A stretch of 63,358 bases of DNA, from assembly GCA_003697015.1 (NCBI GenBank), contig RFGL01000065.1, positions 1 through 63,358 on the forward strand, in the 5' to 3' direction. The first letter of the stretch is position 1. Each line of letters starts with the position of its first letter. The position numbers and the translations under genes were made by a program. The notes beneath the pieces were generated by a model that was not told the origin of the DNA, searched no databases, and saw nothing but the letters and a program-made list of their open reading frames with translations. Below, one piece after another: positions 18,081-27,029 of this stretch. The stretch is from Acidobacteriota bacterium. GTDB taxonomy: Bacteria > Acidobacteriota > Thermoanaerobaculia > Multivoradales > J023.

Positions 18081-19946
18081 ATGCTCGACGCCGACGCCTT
18101 CCACGAAGAAGAATCCCTGGGCACGATCTACGACGGCCGCCTGATGCGCCGCCTGCTGGGCTACGTCGCGCCCTACCGGAGCATGGCGGCGGCGGCGGTG
18201 GCCCTGATCCTGATCTCCTCCCTGCTGCAGCTGGTCGGGCCGCTGATCGTCGCCGCGACCCTCGACCTCTTCATCCGCCCGCCGGCCGAGCAGCAGGCCT
18301 TCAACCGCGCCCTGGCCGACTACCTGGCCCAGGCCGGCATCGCCCTCGAGCCGCGGGCCGGGGTGGCGGCGATGGCGCTCGCCTACCTGGGCAACCTCGG
18401 CCTGATCTTCCTGGTGCTCTACGCCCAGAGCTACGTCATGCAGATGATGGGCCAGCGCATCATGCACGACCTGCGGCGCGACGTCTTCACCGCCCTCCAG
18501 GAGCTGCCGATCCGCTACCTCGATCGCAACCCCACCGGGCGCCTGGTGACCCGCGCCACCACCGACGTCGGCGCCCTGAACGAGCTCTTCACCGCCGGCC
18601 TGGTGTCGATCTTCGGCGACGTTGCGCTCCTCGCCGGCATCATCGTGGTGCTCTTCGTCATCAACTGGCAGCTGGCGCTGGTCAGCTTCTCGATCCTGCC
18701 CCTGTTGCTCGCCCTGACCCTGTGGTTCAAGTCCCGTGCCCGCGCCAGCTACCGCCGGGTGAGGGTGAGGTTGGCGCGGATCAACGCCTTCCTCCAGGAG
18801 CACGTGGGCGGCATGAGCGTGGTGCAGCTCTTCGGCCGCCAGGCGGCGGCGCGCGACGCCTTCGCGACGATCAACGCCGCCCACCGCGACGCCAACGTGC
18901 AGGCGATCGTCTACTACGCCTTCTACTACCCGGCGATCGACCTGATCACCGCCCTCGGCCTGGCGCTGATCGTCTGGTACGGCGGCGGCCAGGTGATGGC
19001 CGGCCTGCTGACCTTCGGCTTCCTGGTCGCCTTCCTGCAGTACGCCCAGCGCTTCTACCAGCCCCTCGCCGACTTGTCGGAGAAGGTCAACATCCTGCAG
19101 GCGGCGATGGCCAGCGCCGAGCGCATCTTCGCCCTGCTCGACGCCGAGCGCAGCATCGTCTCGCCGCCCGATGCCTACCGCCCGGAGCAGGTCGAAGGGG
19201 CGATCGAGCTGGATCGCGTATGGTTCGGCTACAACCCCGGCGAGCCGGTGCTGCGCGACGTCTCCTTCCGCATCGACCCGGGGGAGACGGTGGCGGTCGT
19301 CGGCCACACCGGCGCCGGCAAGAGCACCCTGGCGAGCCTCATCCTGCGCTTCTACGACGTCGACCGCGGGCGCCTGCTGGTCGACGGCGTCGACGTCCGG
19401 CGGTGGGATCTCGAGCGCCTGCGCGGCGCCATCGCCCTGGTGCTCCAGGACGCCTTCCTCTTCGCCGGCACCCTGCGCCAGAACCTCGCCCTGGGCGCGC
19501 CGGACGCCGATCTGGAGCGCCTGCGCTGGGCGGCGCGCGAGGTCCAGGCCCTCGACTTCATCGAACGCCTGCCCGCGGGCTTCGACACCGTCGTGCAGGA
19601 ACGCGGCGCCGGGCTGTCGGTGGGACAGAAGCAGCTCATCGCCTTCGCCCGCGCCCTGGCGGTCGACCCGCGGATCCTGATCCTCGACGAGGCGACGGCG
19701 TCGATCGACACCGAGACCGAGCAGCGCATCCAGCGCGCCCTGCGCCACCTGCTGCGCGGCCGCACCAGCCTGGTGATCGCCCACCGCCTGTCGACCATCA
19801 AGCAGGCCGACCGCATCCTGGTGCTGCACAAGGGCCGCCTGCGCGAGCAGGGAACCCACCGCCAGCTGCTGGCGCGCAAAGGCATCTACTACACCCTCTA
19901 CCAACTGCAGTACCGAGAGCCGGCACGGGCCCTGACCGGCGGCTAG
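18081..19946 (+). CDS. ABC exporter, fused permease/ATPase (MsbA-like type)
   Basis: 621 aa with a six-TM N-terminal half. Walker A GHTGAGKST, signature LSVGQKQ, Walker B ILILDEATAS. Confidence 0.85.
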   Translation: MLDADAFHEEESLGTIYDGRLMRRLLGYVAPYRSMAAAAVALILISSLLQLVGPLIVAATLDLFIRPPAEQQAFNRALADYLAQAGIALEPRAGVAAMALAYLGNLGLIFLVLYAQSYVMQMMGQRIMHDLRRDVFTALQELPIRYLDRNPTGRLVTRATTDVGALNELFTAGLVSIFGDVALLAGIIVVLFVINWQLALVSFSILPLLLALTLWFKSRARASYRRVRVRLARINAFLQEHVGGMSVVQLFGRQAAARDAFATINAAHRDANVQAIVYYAFYYPAIDLITALGLALIVWYGGGQVMAGLLTFGFLVAFLQYAQRFYQPLADLSEKVNILQAAMASAERIFALLDAERSIVSPPDAYRPEQVEGAIELDRVWFGYNPGEPVLRDVSFRIDPGETVAVVGHTGAGKSTLASLILRFYDVDRGRLLVDGVDVRRWDLERLRGAIALVLQDAFLFAGTLRQNLALGAPDADLERLRWAAREVQALDFIERLPAGFDTVVQERGAGLSVGQKQLIAFARALAVDPRILILDEATASIDTETEQRIQRALRHLLRGRTSLVIAHRLSTIKQADRILVLHKGRLREQGTHRQLLARKGIYYTLYQLQYREPARALTGG

Positions 19947-19977
19947 GGCCGGCTGCCGGAGTAGGAGACGACGAGCG

Positions 19978-21567
19978 ATGACGAGTTGGTTCCTGTGGGG
20001 CGTGCTGGGGTTTCTCGCCCTGGTGGTGATCTACGACCTGGTGCAGAAAAAGCACGCCATCCTGCGCAACTTCCCGATCATCGGCCACCTGCGCTACATG
20101 CTGGAGGCGGTGGGGCCGGAGCTGCGCCAGTACATCGTCACCAACAACGACGAGGAGCGCCCGTTCAGCCGCGATCAACGGCGCTGGGTCTATGCTTCGG
20201 CCAAGGGGCAGAACAACTACTTCGGCTTCGGCACCGACAACGACCTGGAGCTCCGATCGAATTACCTGATCGTCAAACACAGCGCGTTTCCGCTCCTCGA
20301 TCCCCACCCCGGCGAGCCGGGTTACGATCCGCAGTACCGCATCCCCTGCGCCAAGGTGCTCGGGGCCTGGCGCGGCCGGGCCAAGGCCTTCCGCCCGCGG
20401 TCGGTGGTCAACGTCTCCGGCATGAGCTACGGCTCCCTGTCGGCGGCGGCGGTCGAGGCGCTCAACCGGGGCGCCGCGCTCGCCGGCTGCCTGCACAACA
20501 CCGGCGAAGGGGGCATCGCTCGCCACCACCGCCACGGGGGCGAGCTGATCTGGCAGATCGGCACCGGCTACTTCGGCTGCCGCGACCCGCAGACCGGCGG
20601 CTTCAGCCGCGAGCGCTTCCTCGAAACGGTGGCGGCGACCCCCAACCTGAAGGCGATCGAGATCAAGCTCAGCCAGGGCGCCAAGCCGGGACTCGGCGGC
20701 GTCCTCCCCGCGGCCAAGGTGACCCCGGAGATCGCCGCCATCCGCGGCATCCCCCTGGGTCGCGACTGCATCAGCCCGGCGCGCCACACCGCCTTCGACG
20801 ACGTCGACGGCATGCTCGACTTCATCGAGCTCCTCGCCGACCTCACCGGCCTGCCGGTGGGCATCAAGTCGGCGGTCGGCGAGCTCGACTTCTGGCAACG
20901 GCTGGCGGCGCGCATCACCAGCACCGGCAAGAGCCCGGACTTCATCACCATCGACGGCGGCGAGGGCGGCACCGGCGCCGCGCCGCTGTCGTTCTCCGAT
21001 CACGTGGCGCTGCCCTTCAAGCTCGGCTTCGCCCGGGTCTACCGGGTCTTCGCCGAGGCGGCGCTGACCGACCGCATCGTCTTCGTCGGCTCGGGCAAGC
21101 TCGGCTTCCCCGAGACCGGCCTCCTCGCCTTCACCCTGGGCTGCGACCTGATCAACGTCGGCCGCGAGGCGATGCTGGCGATCGGCTGCATCCAAGCCCA
21201 GCGCTGCCACACCGGCCACTGCCCGACCGGGGTCGCGACCCAGAACCGGTGGCTGATGCACGGCCTCGACCCGTCCTCCAAAGCCGCCCGCCTGGCCAAC
21301 TACGTCACCATCATGCGCAAGGAGCTGCTGCGCCTGTCGCGCGCCTGCGGCGTCGCCCATCCGGCCTGCGTCACCGCCGACCACATGGAGATCCTCGACG
21401 ACCAGTTCGCCGGCCACCCGGTGCGCGACGTCTTCGGCTACCACCCCGACTGGGGGGTGCCGTCGGCGGCGGATTGCGCGGCGGTGGTGAAGCTGATGCA
21501 GGGCGGCTCAGAAGGTCCAGGTGGCGGTGCGGCCGTCGAAGGCGAGGACGGAACGGCCGAAGCGTAG
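19978..21567 (+). CDS. FMN-binding glutamate synthase family protein (GltB domain-2-like), N-terminal TM anchor
   Basis: 529 aa. Contains ILRNFPIIGHLRYMLEAVGPELRQYIVTNNDEERPFSRDQR and ITIDGGEGGTGAAP, typical of this family. Confidence 0.8.
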   Translation: MTSWFLWGVLGFLALVVIYDLVQKKHAILRNFPIIGHLRYMLEAVGPELRQYIVTNNDEERPFSRDQRRWVYASAKGQNNYFGFGTDNDLELRSNYLIVKHSAFPLLDPHPGEPGYDPQYRIPCAKVLGAWRGRAKAFRPRSVVNVSGMSYGSLSAAAVEALNRGAALAGCLHNTGEGGIARHHRHGGELIWQIGTGYFGCRDPQTGGFSRERFLETVAATPNLKAIEIKLSQGAKPGLGGVLPAAKVTPEIAAIRGIPLGRDCISPARHTAFDDVDGMLDFIELLADLTGLPVGIKSAVGELDFWQRLAARITSTGKSPDFITIDGGEGGTGAAPLSFSDHVALPFKLGFARVYRVFAEAALTDRIVFVGSGKLGFPETGLLAFTLGCDLINVGREAMLAIGCIQAQRCHTGHCPTGVATQNRWLMHGLDPSSKAARLANYVTIMRKELLRLSRACGVAHPACVTADHMEILDDQFAGHPVRDVFGYHPDWGVPSAADCAAVVKLMQGGSEGPGGGAAVEGEDGTAEA

Positions 21568-22365
21568 CTCGCGCTCCCCCTGCCACGGCCGCCGCAGGGC
21601 GAGCTCGAGCTCGACGACGCCGCGGCGCTCGTCGCTGGCGGGGACGATGCGCAGGTGGACGCCGGGGCCGCTGGCGAGGTGGCCGTCGCCGGCGACCTCG
21701 AGGCGATAGCCGAAGGCCTCGAGCTGGGCGAGTAGGCGCGCTCTCTCGGCCGCGGGCACGGCGACGGTGACGCCGGTGACGTCATCGAGCAGGCGCTCGG
21801 GCTTGTAGTCGCGGGCGCGGTTCTGGCGCCGGCTGACGTCGGTCGCGGCCGCCTCCCCGTCGCCGTACCAGGCGCCGAGGTAGCCCCGTTCGTACTCCAT
21901 CACCCCCACCCCGAGCACGTCGCCGGGGTCGTAGTAGCCGGTCATGCGGAACCAGGGGATCGGCTCCTCCCCCTTGACCCGCCGGCGCTCGAGGACCGGC
22001 GGCTCCTCCCCCAGCTCCGCCGCCAGCCGCGCCCGCACCCGCTCGAGCTCCCCCGGCCGGTCGACGCCGAAGATCACCCCGCCCCGGCCGACGCCGGCGA
22101 CGCCGCCGGGACCGAAGAGCTCGACGTAGGTCTCCTCGCCGTAGAGATAGGTGCCGGTCCAGGACATGCCACCGGCGGTGGTGGTGCGCTGCTCGAATCC
22201 GGCGAGCTCCCGGCGCACGAAGTCCGAGCCGGCGATCGCCTCGTAGGTCTCGCCGTCGAGCACCAGGTAGACGTGATTCAGATACACCGCCAGCGGCGGC
22301 GGTGGTTCCGCCGCCACCGCGCCCGGCGTCCAGAGCAAGGCGAGGGCGACGGAGAGTCGGATCAT
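21508..22365 (-). CDS. Secreted hypothetical protein
   Basis: Track ORF 21508..22491 trimmed to ATG 22365 (MIRLSVALALLWTPGAVAAEP signal peptide). High GC3 and non-repetitive composition. No family recognised with confidence. Confidence 0.55.
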   Translation of the reverse strand: MIRLSVALALLWTPGAVAAEPPPPLAVYLNHVYLVLDGETYEAIAGSDFVRRELAGFEQRTTTAGGMSWTGTYLYGEETYVELFGPGGVAGVGRGGVIFGVDRPGELERVRARLAAELGEEPPVLERRRVKGEEPIPWFRMTGYYDPGDVLGVGVMEYERGYLGAWYGDGEAAATDVSRRQNRARDYKPERLLDDVTGVTVAVPAAERARLLAQLEAFGYRLEVAGDGHLASGPGVHLRIVPASDERRGVVELELALRRPWQGERELRFGRSVLAFDGRTATWTF

Positions 22366-22421
22366 TGGCGCATGGTAGCGCAAGCCGGTACAGTCGGCGA
22401 AGCTCTTCGGGATCGACGAAG

Positions 22422-23543
22422 GTGAAGCGATCGGCAACAGAGACGGCTGCTCGGAGCGCCCGGCGACTGGCGCTGCTGCTCTTCCTGGCACCGGCTGCGG
22501 CGCTCGCCGCCGGCGACGGCGGGCCCCGCCTCACCTTCCTCGACAGCTACGACGTAGCCGCCGGCACGCGCCTTGACGGCACCTGCGTCGGCGGATTGTC
22601 GGCGATCGCCTACGCCGGCGGCGAGCGCTACTTCGTCCTCTCCGACAGCGGGCGGGAGGCGCGCTTCTACCGGCTCAAGCTGGCGCTCGCCACCGGCGCC
22701 GGCGGCGCGGCGGAGATCGCCGAGGTCGCCTTCGAGCGCGCCGTACGGCTCAAGACCCGCGAGGGCCTGCCCTATCCCGAGGGCCGCGTCGACCCGGAGG
22801 GCCTGGCGCTCCTCGACGACCGCGCGGCCTTCCTCTCCAGCGAAGGGGCGGCGCCCCTCGGGGTGCCGCCCTTCGTCGACCTCGTCGCCCTCGACGACGG
22901 TGCCTGGCTCGCCACCGCTCCGCTGCCCGTCGCCTATCGGCCGCTGGCGACGGACGGCGTGCAGGTGGCCGGCGTGCGGCGCAACCTGGGCCTCGAGGCC
23001 CTCGCCTTGAGCCCCGACCGCCGCGTGCTCTACGCCGCCACCGAATCCGCTCTGGCCCAGGACGCGGCGCCCGGCAAGCCGCTCTACGCCCGCCTGCTGC
23101 GCTTCGCCGTCGGCCGCACCACCTCCCTCGCCGGCGAGTACCTCTACCCCCTGGTCGAGCCCGAGGGCGAGGTGATCGTGCACGGGGTGGTCGAGCTCCT
23201 GGCCCTCGACGACGGCGGCCGGCTGCTCGCCCTCGAGCGCACCTACGGCCCCGCCATCGGCCTCGCCGTCACCCTCTACGCCGTCGACCTGGAGCAGCGC
23301 GCCGCACCGGGCGAGCGCGCCCACCTCGCCGCCGGCGTCCGCTCCCTGCCGCTCCTGGTCAAACGGCCGCTGCTCGACTTCGCCACCCTGCCGGTGGCGG
23401 TGGAGAACTACGAGGGCATGACCCTCGGCCCGCCCCTGCCCGGCGGCGGCCAGAGCCTGCTGATCGTCGGCGACAACGACGACGTCGACTGCACCGCCGG
23501 CGCCAGCCGTCCGAGCCGCTTCCTGCTCTTCCGTCTCGAATAG
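22422..23543 (+). CDS. Phytase-like esterase family protein (PF13449-like), secreted
   Basis: Track ORF 22302..23543. Proposed GTG start at 22422 gives VKRSATETAARSARRLALLLFLAPAAALAAG. Also GGLSAIAYAGGERYFVLSDSGREARFYRLKL and NYEGMTL, as in that family. Confidence 0.7.
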   Translation: MKRSATETAARSARRLALLLFLAPAAALAAGDGGPRLTFLDSYDVAAGTRLDGTCVGGLSAIAYAGGERYFVLSDSGREARFYRLKLALATGAGGAAEIAEVAFERAVRLKTREGLPYPEGRVDPEGLALLDDRAAFLSSEGAAPLGVPPFVDLVALDDGAWLATAPLPVAYRPLATDGVQVAGVRRNLGLEALALSPDRRVLYAATESALAQDAAPGKPLYARLLRFAVGRTTSLAGEYLYPLVEPEGEVIVHGVVELLALDDGGRLLALERTYGPAIGLAVTLYAVDLEQRAAPGERAHLAAGVRSLPLLVKRPLLDFATLPVAVENYEGMTLGPPLPGGGQSLLIVGDNDDVDCTAGASRPSRFLLFRLE

Positions 23544-23571
23544 GGGGGAACTTTTCCCCCGCAGCGGCGTT

Positions 23572-24207
23572 ATGACGGCTGAGATGACGGTGGCCGAGAC
23601 CCTGATCGACGACGCTGAGCTTCTCGCCCGGGCACGGGCGCAGGACGGCGACGCCTTCGCCGCCCTGGTCGAACGCTACAAGGACCTGATCGTCGGCTAC
23701 CTGGCGCGGCTTACCGGCAGCCGCAGCCGCGCCGAGGACGTGGCGCAGGAGACCTTCATGCGCTTCTACCAGCAACTCCACCGCTACCGCGAGCGCGGCA
23801 CCCTCGCCGCCTACCTGCTGCGCATCGCCACCAACCTGGTACGCAGCGAGGAGCGACGGGCGCGGCGCTGGCGGCTCCTCAAGCCCCTCTTCGCGGTCAG
23901 CGACGGCGCCCACCGGCCAGCCCCCAGCCCTCAGGCCGAAGCCCTGGCGGGGGAGGTCCAGCGCCAGGTGACGGCGGCGATCGCCGCTCTCGACCTGCGC
24001 TACCGGGTGCCGCTGGTGCTGCGCGAGATCGAGGGCCTGTCCTACCGCCAGATCGCCGACGTCGTCGGCGTCGGCGAAGGCACCGTCAAGTCGCGGCTTC
24101 ACCGGGCGCGCGAGCTGCTCAAGGCGCGCCTCGAGCCCTTTTGGAACGGAGGTCAAGTCCATGCAACCCACGGCCGACGATCGATGGCTCGACCGGATCC
24201 TGCGTGA
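23572..24207 (+). CDS. ECF-type RNA polymerase sigma-70 factor
   Basis: 211 aa. Region 2 is FAALVERYKDLIVGYLARLTGSRSRAEDVAQETFMRFY. Region 4 is REIEGLSYRQIADVVGVGEGTVKSRLHRARELLK. Confidence 0.9.
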   Translation: MTAEMTVAETLIDDAELLARARAQDGDAFAALVERYKDLIVGYLARLTGSRSRAEDVAQETFMRFYQQLHRYRERGTLAAYLLRIATNLVRSEERRARRWRLLKPLFAVSDGAHRPAPSPQAEALAGEVQRQVTAAIAALDLRYRVPLVLREIEGLSYRQIADVVGVGEGTVKSRLHRARELLKARLEPFWNGGQVHATHGRRSMARPDPA

Positions 24208-24664
24208 TCTCCCGCGCCAGCGGGCGTCGAGCGACTTCACGGCGCGGGTGATGCGCCGCCTCGAGACGCCGGCGAGCGGCCCGCCGCGCCGGAGCTGGCG
24301 CTGGCTCGCCGCCGCCGCCGGCCTGGTGCTGGTGCTCGCCGCGTCCTGGGGCGTGGCCCAGCAGCGCGCCAGCCGCCAGGCGCGCGCCGAGCTCGAAGCC
24401 CTGCGCGCCGAGCACCGCGCCCTGCGCGCCGAGCTGGAGGAGCTGCGCCAGCTCGAGGCCGCCGCCCGCGGCGTCGTCTACCTGGGCTCGACCGACGACG
24501 CCGACTGGGTGCTCGATCTGCGTCGCCTGGCGCGGCGCCTGGAGCTGCCCGGCGAGGGCGCTCCCGGCCGCCTGAAGGGCGAGCCGCTGCCCGCCCTGCT
24601 CGATCCCGAACGCGATCCGATCCGACAACGGTCTCCATCCCGCGAAGGAGGAATCTACCGATGA
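24161..24664 (+). CDS. Putative anti-sigma factor (single-pass membrane, coiled-coil)
   Basis: 167 aa, immediately after and overlapping the ECF sigma gene by 47 nt. One TM segment (WRWLAAAAGLVLVLAASWGVA) followed by a heptad-like AELEALRAEHRALRAELEELRQLE. Assignment is by position only. Confidence 0.5.
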   Translation: MQPTADDRWLDRILRDLPRQRASSDFTARVMRRLETPASGPPRRSWRWLAAAAGLVLVLAASWGVAQQRASRQARAELEALRAEHRALRAELEELRQLEAAARGVVYLGSTDDADWVLDLRRLARRLELPGEGAPGRLKGEPLPALLDPERDPIRQRSPSREGGIYR

Positions 24665-25437
24665 CCATCTACCATCCGTACCGGCATCTCGCCCCGCCGG
24701 CCTGCCTCTTGCTCCTGCTCTTCGCCGCCCTGCCCGCCCTCGCCGGCGACGAGGCGCCGGCGGGAGCCGGCGACGAGACCCGCTACGCCAGCACCTGGAA
24801 GCAGGACTGCGACGACGAGGACTCGGACTGCCCGAGCTCCTGGACCGTGCGGTTCGGCGGCGGCTACCTCGGCGTCGAGCTGACCGACGTCGGCCCGGAC
24901 CTGCGGCGCTACTTCGGCGCCCCGGAAGATCGCGGCGTGCTGGTGGCGCGGGTGGTGCCGGACAGCCCGGCCGAACGCGCCGGCCTGAGGGTCGGTGACG
25001 TCGTCACCGCCATCGACGGCCAGCCGGTGACCTCGAGCTGGGACCTCGGCCGGGCGGTGCGCCGCGCCGAAGAGGGCCAGAGCGTCGCCCTCGAGGTCTA
25101 TCGCGACCACCAGCCGCTGACCTTCACCGCCGAGGTGGCGCGGCGCGACGACATGAAGGTGATCGACGTCGGCGAGCTGGTCGGCAAGTCCCTCGACGGC
25201 GTCGACTGGGAGAACCTCGGCGAGCACAGCTACGCGATCAGTCGCGAGGCGATGGAGCAGGCCATCGAGAGCATGCGGCACGTCTTCGAGAACCAGGACT
25301 GGTCGGCCTTCGCCGAGCGCTTCGAGCACTTCGACCAGGAGGCGCTGGAGAAGCGCATGGAAGAGCTCCAGGAACGGCTCAAAGAGCTCGAACGGCGGAT
25401 CGAGGAACGCTACGGCGAGAAACCCGACGGTCTGTGA
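24661..25437 (+). CDS. Secreted PDZ domain protein
   Basis: 258 aa, ATGA-coupled to the anti-sigma gene, with a signal peptide. PDZ-like GGYLGVELTDV...GVLVARVVPDSPAERAGLRVGDVVTAIDGQPV. Confidence 0.75.
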   Translation: MTIYHPYRHLAPPACLLLLLFAALPALAGDEAPAGAGDETRYASTWKQDCDDEDSDCPSSWTVRFGGGYLGVELTDVGPDLRRYFGAPEDRGVLVARVVPDSPAERAGLRVGDVVTAIDGQPVTSSWDLGRAVRRAEEGQSVALEVYRDHQPLTFTAEVARRDDMKVIDVGELVGKSLDGVDWENLGEHSYAISREAMEQAIESMRHVFENQDWSAFAERFEHFDQEALEKRMEELQERLKELERRIEERYGEKPDGL

Positions 25438-25485
25438 GGCGCAGGCGACGCGACGATCGTCGCGCTGACAGGCCGCGGGCGCGAC

Positions 25486-25519
25486 GCGCAGCCGGGGGTC
25501 CTACAGCCCCCGGCTGCGC
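25486..25519. terminator. 13-bp GC-rich hairpin between convergent genes, loop containing the lipase stop codon
   Basis: Arms 25486..25498 and 25507..25519 are perfectly complementary (core GCAGCCGGGGG / CCCCCGGCTGC) around an 8-nt loop. No U-tract. A 14-nt perfect palindrome GCGACGATCGTCGC lies at 25450..25463. Confidence 0.35.
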
Positions 25520-26940
25520 CGCTCCTCCATCAATTGGTAGAGGACGTTGTCGGTGAAGGTGGCGTCGCGGGTCAGACCGAGGTGATCGTTGAACAGGAAG
25601 GTCACCGTATGCCAGGTGATCGGCGTCTCCAGGGTCGGCCGCCACGTCTCGGCGCCGAGGCGTTCGTCCATCAGGGCGCTCGAGCGCAGCACCGTGCCGT
25701 CCCCCGGGGCGGTCGCCGTCACCTCGACGGCTCCGCTCTCGAGGTCGATGGCGGCGACCGCATCGGTAGGCTGCGAGTCGCCGGCGATCAGCGCCAGGGT
25801 GGTGCCCGGGGGCGGCGCCGCCGGCTGGTCGAGGGCGGCCTGAAACTGGCGCGCCCGCGCCAGCCGCCGGGCGAGGAAGGCGGCGGCGATGCGCCGGCGC
25901 TCGGCGCGCTCCGCCACCTCGGGAAGAAGCCAGCTCAGGACCTCGTCCTGCTCGGGATCGAGCAGCCCCCAGCCCAGCTTGCGCCACAGCTCGACCTCGA
26001 GCACGTCGCCGAGCGGCCGGTGCGGCGGCCGGGCGTCGACGTAGGCGCCGTGGCGGGCGCGCGGCAGGAGCTCGTAGACCGAGGCGAAGGTGCCGATCAG
26101 GGCGGCGGGATAGCGCGCCACCAGCGGCCCGGGTTTGTACCCTTTGACCAGATGCTCCAGCACCTCGATGGAGCCGGCATTGGGCGGCGCGACGAGGATC
26201 GCGCGCTCGACGTAGCGCGCGCCCTCCCAGGTCAGCTCCGGCAGGGAGCCGTCCGCCGGCAGTCCCTGGGTGCCGTAGCGCAGGTAGTAGCGCGCCACCA
26301 GGGCGCCCATCGAGTGCGCGACGATGTCGAAGCGCACCTCGTCGCGACCCAGGCCGCGTTTGTCGAGCTCCCGCTTGACGTAGGCCTGCTTGTCGAGGAT
26401 GAAGCGGTGCAGCCGGCGGGCGTTCTCGGCATTGCTCAGCCGCCAGTCGTAGGCGAATTGAAAGCAGGTGAAATGGTCGTCGCCGTAGTCCACCGCCCCC
26501 GACAGGCCGAGGCTCTCGTCGCGGAAGCCGGCGGTGCCGAGCATGGTGAGGATGTGGTAGTAGGCCTTGACCTGGAGCGGCAGCCCGAGGAGCTTGACCT
26601 TGACCCGATCGAGGACGCCGTCGGCCACCACCCGCGCGTCGGCGTCCTCCTGCCGCAGGGGCATGGCGAGGAGGCGCAGGTCCTCGGGTTTCTTCGGGCT
26701 CGCCGCCTTGCCGCCGAACGCCCCCCACAGCTGGCGGCCGGTGTCGGCATCCTTGAGCCGGCTGCCGAGGAGGCCGGGGATGACGATGATCGGATTGCGT
26801 TCCTCATGGTGGGCATGGGCGGCGCGGTCGTAGAGCCCGCCGAGATCCGGCCGCCGGACGTTCGACAGACAGCCGGTGGCGAGCAGGAGCGGGGCTAGCA
26901 ACCAGACCAGGGGTCCGGCGTGGGTAGGGCCTTTCATCAT
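25501..26940 (-). CDS. Alpha/beta-hydrolase lipase/esterase lipoprotein (LCAT/PGAP1-like, AHSMG nucleophile elbow)
   Basis: Track ORF 25501..27033 trimmed to ATGATG 26940 with AAGGAGG upstream. Lipobox LLLATGC, NPIIVIPGLLGS and VAHSMGALVARYYLRYG. Paralog of 27030..28535. Confidence 0.75.
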   Translation of the reverse strand: MMKGPTHAGPLVWLLAPLLLATGCLSNVRRPDLGGLYDRAAHAHHEERNPIIVIPGLLGSRLKDADTGRQLWGAFGGKAASPKKPEDLRLLAMPLRQEDADARVVADGVLDRVKVKLLGLPLQVKAYYHILTMLGTAGFRDESLGLSGAVDYGDDHFTCFQFAYDWRLSNAENARRLHRFILDKQAYVKRELDKRGLGRDEVRFDIVAHSMGALVARYYLRYGTQGLPADGSLPELTWEGARYVERAILVAPPNAGSIEVLEHLVKGYKPGPLVARYPAALIGTFASVYELLPRARHGAYVDARPPHRPLGDVLEVELWRKLGWGLLDPEQDEVLSWLLPEVAERAERRRIAAAFLARRLARARQFQAALDQPAAPPPGTTLALIAGDSQPTDAVAAIDLESGAVEVTATAPGDGTVLRSSALMDERLGAETWRPTLETPITWHTVTFLFNDHLGLTRDATFTDNVLYQLMEERRSRGL

Positions 26941-27029
26941 CGCCTCCTTTGCGCCTCGGGGCGCTCGCGGGTGGAGGTGTCCGGCTCGGCGGAGAAGCAC
27001 GAGCGTCGATCGCGCCGCAATGGGGGCGC

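Noticed and set aside
23544-23571. GGGGGGAACTTTTCCCCC hairpin between the phytase-like gene and the ECF sigma gene, as a terminator or attenuator
   Set aside because: The stem is only 6-7 bp with a 2-4-nt loop and there is no U-tract. It lies only 28 nt from the next start codon and is too weak to call.
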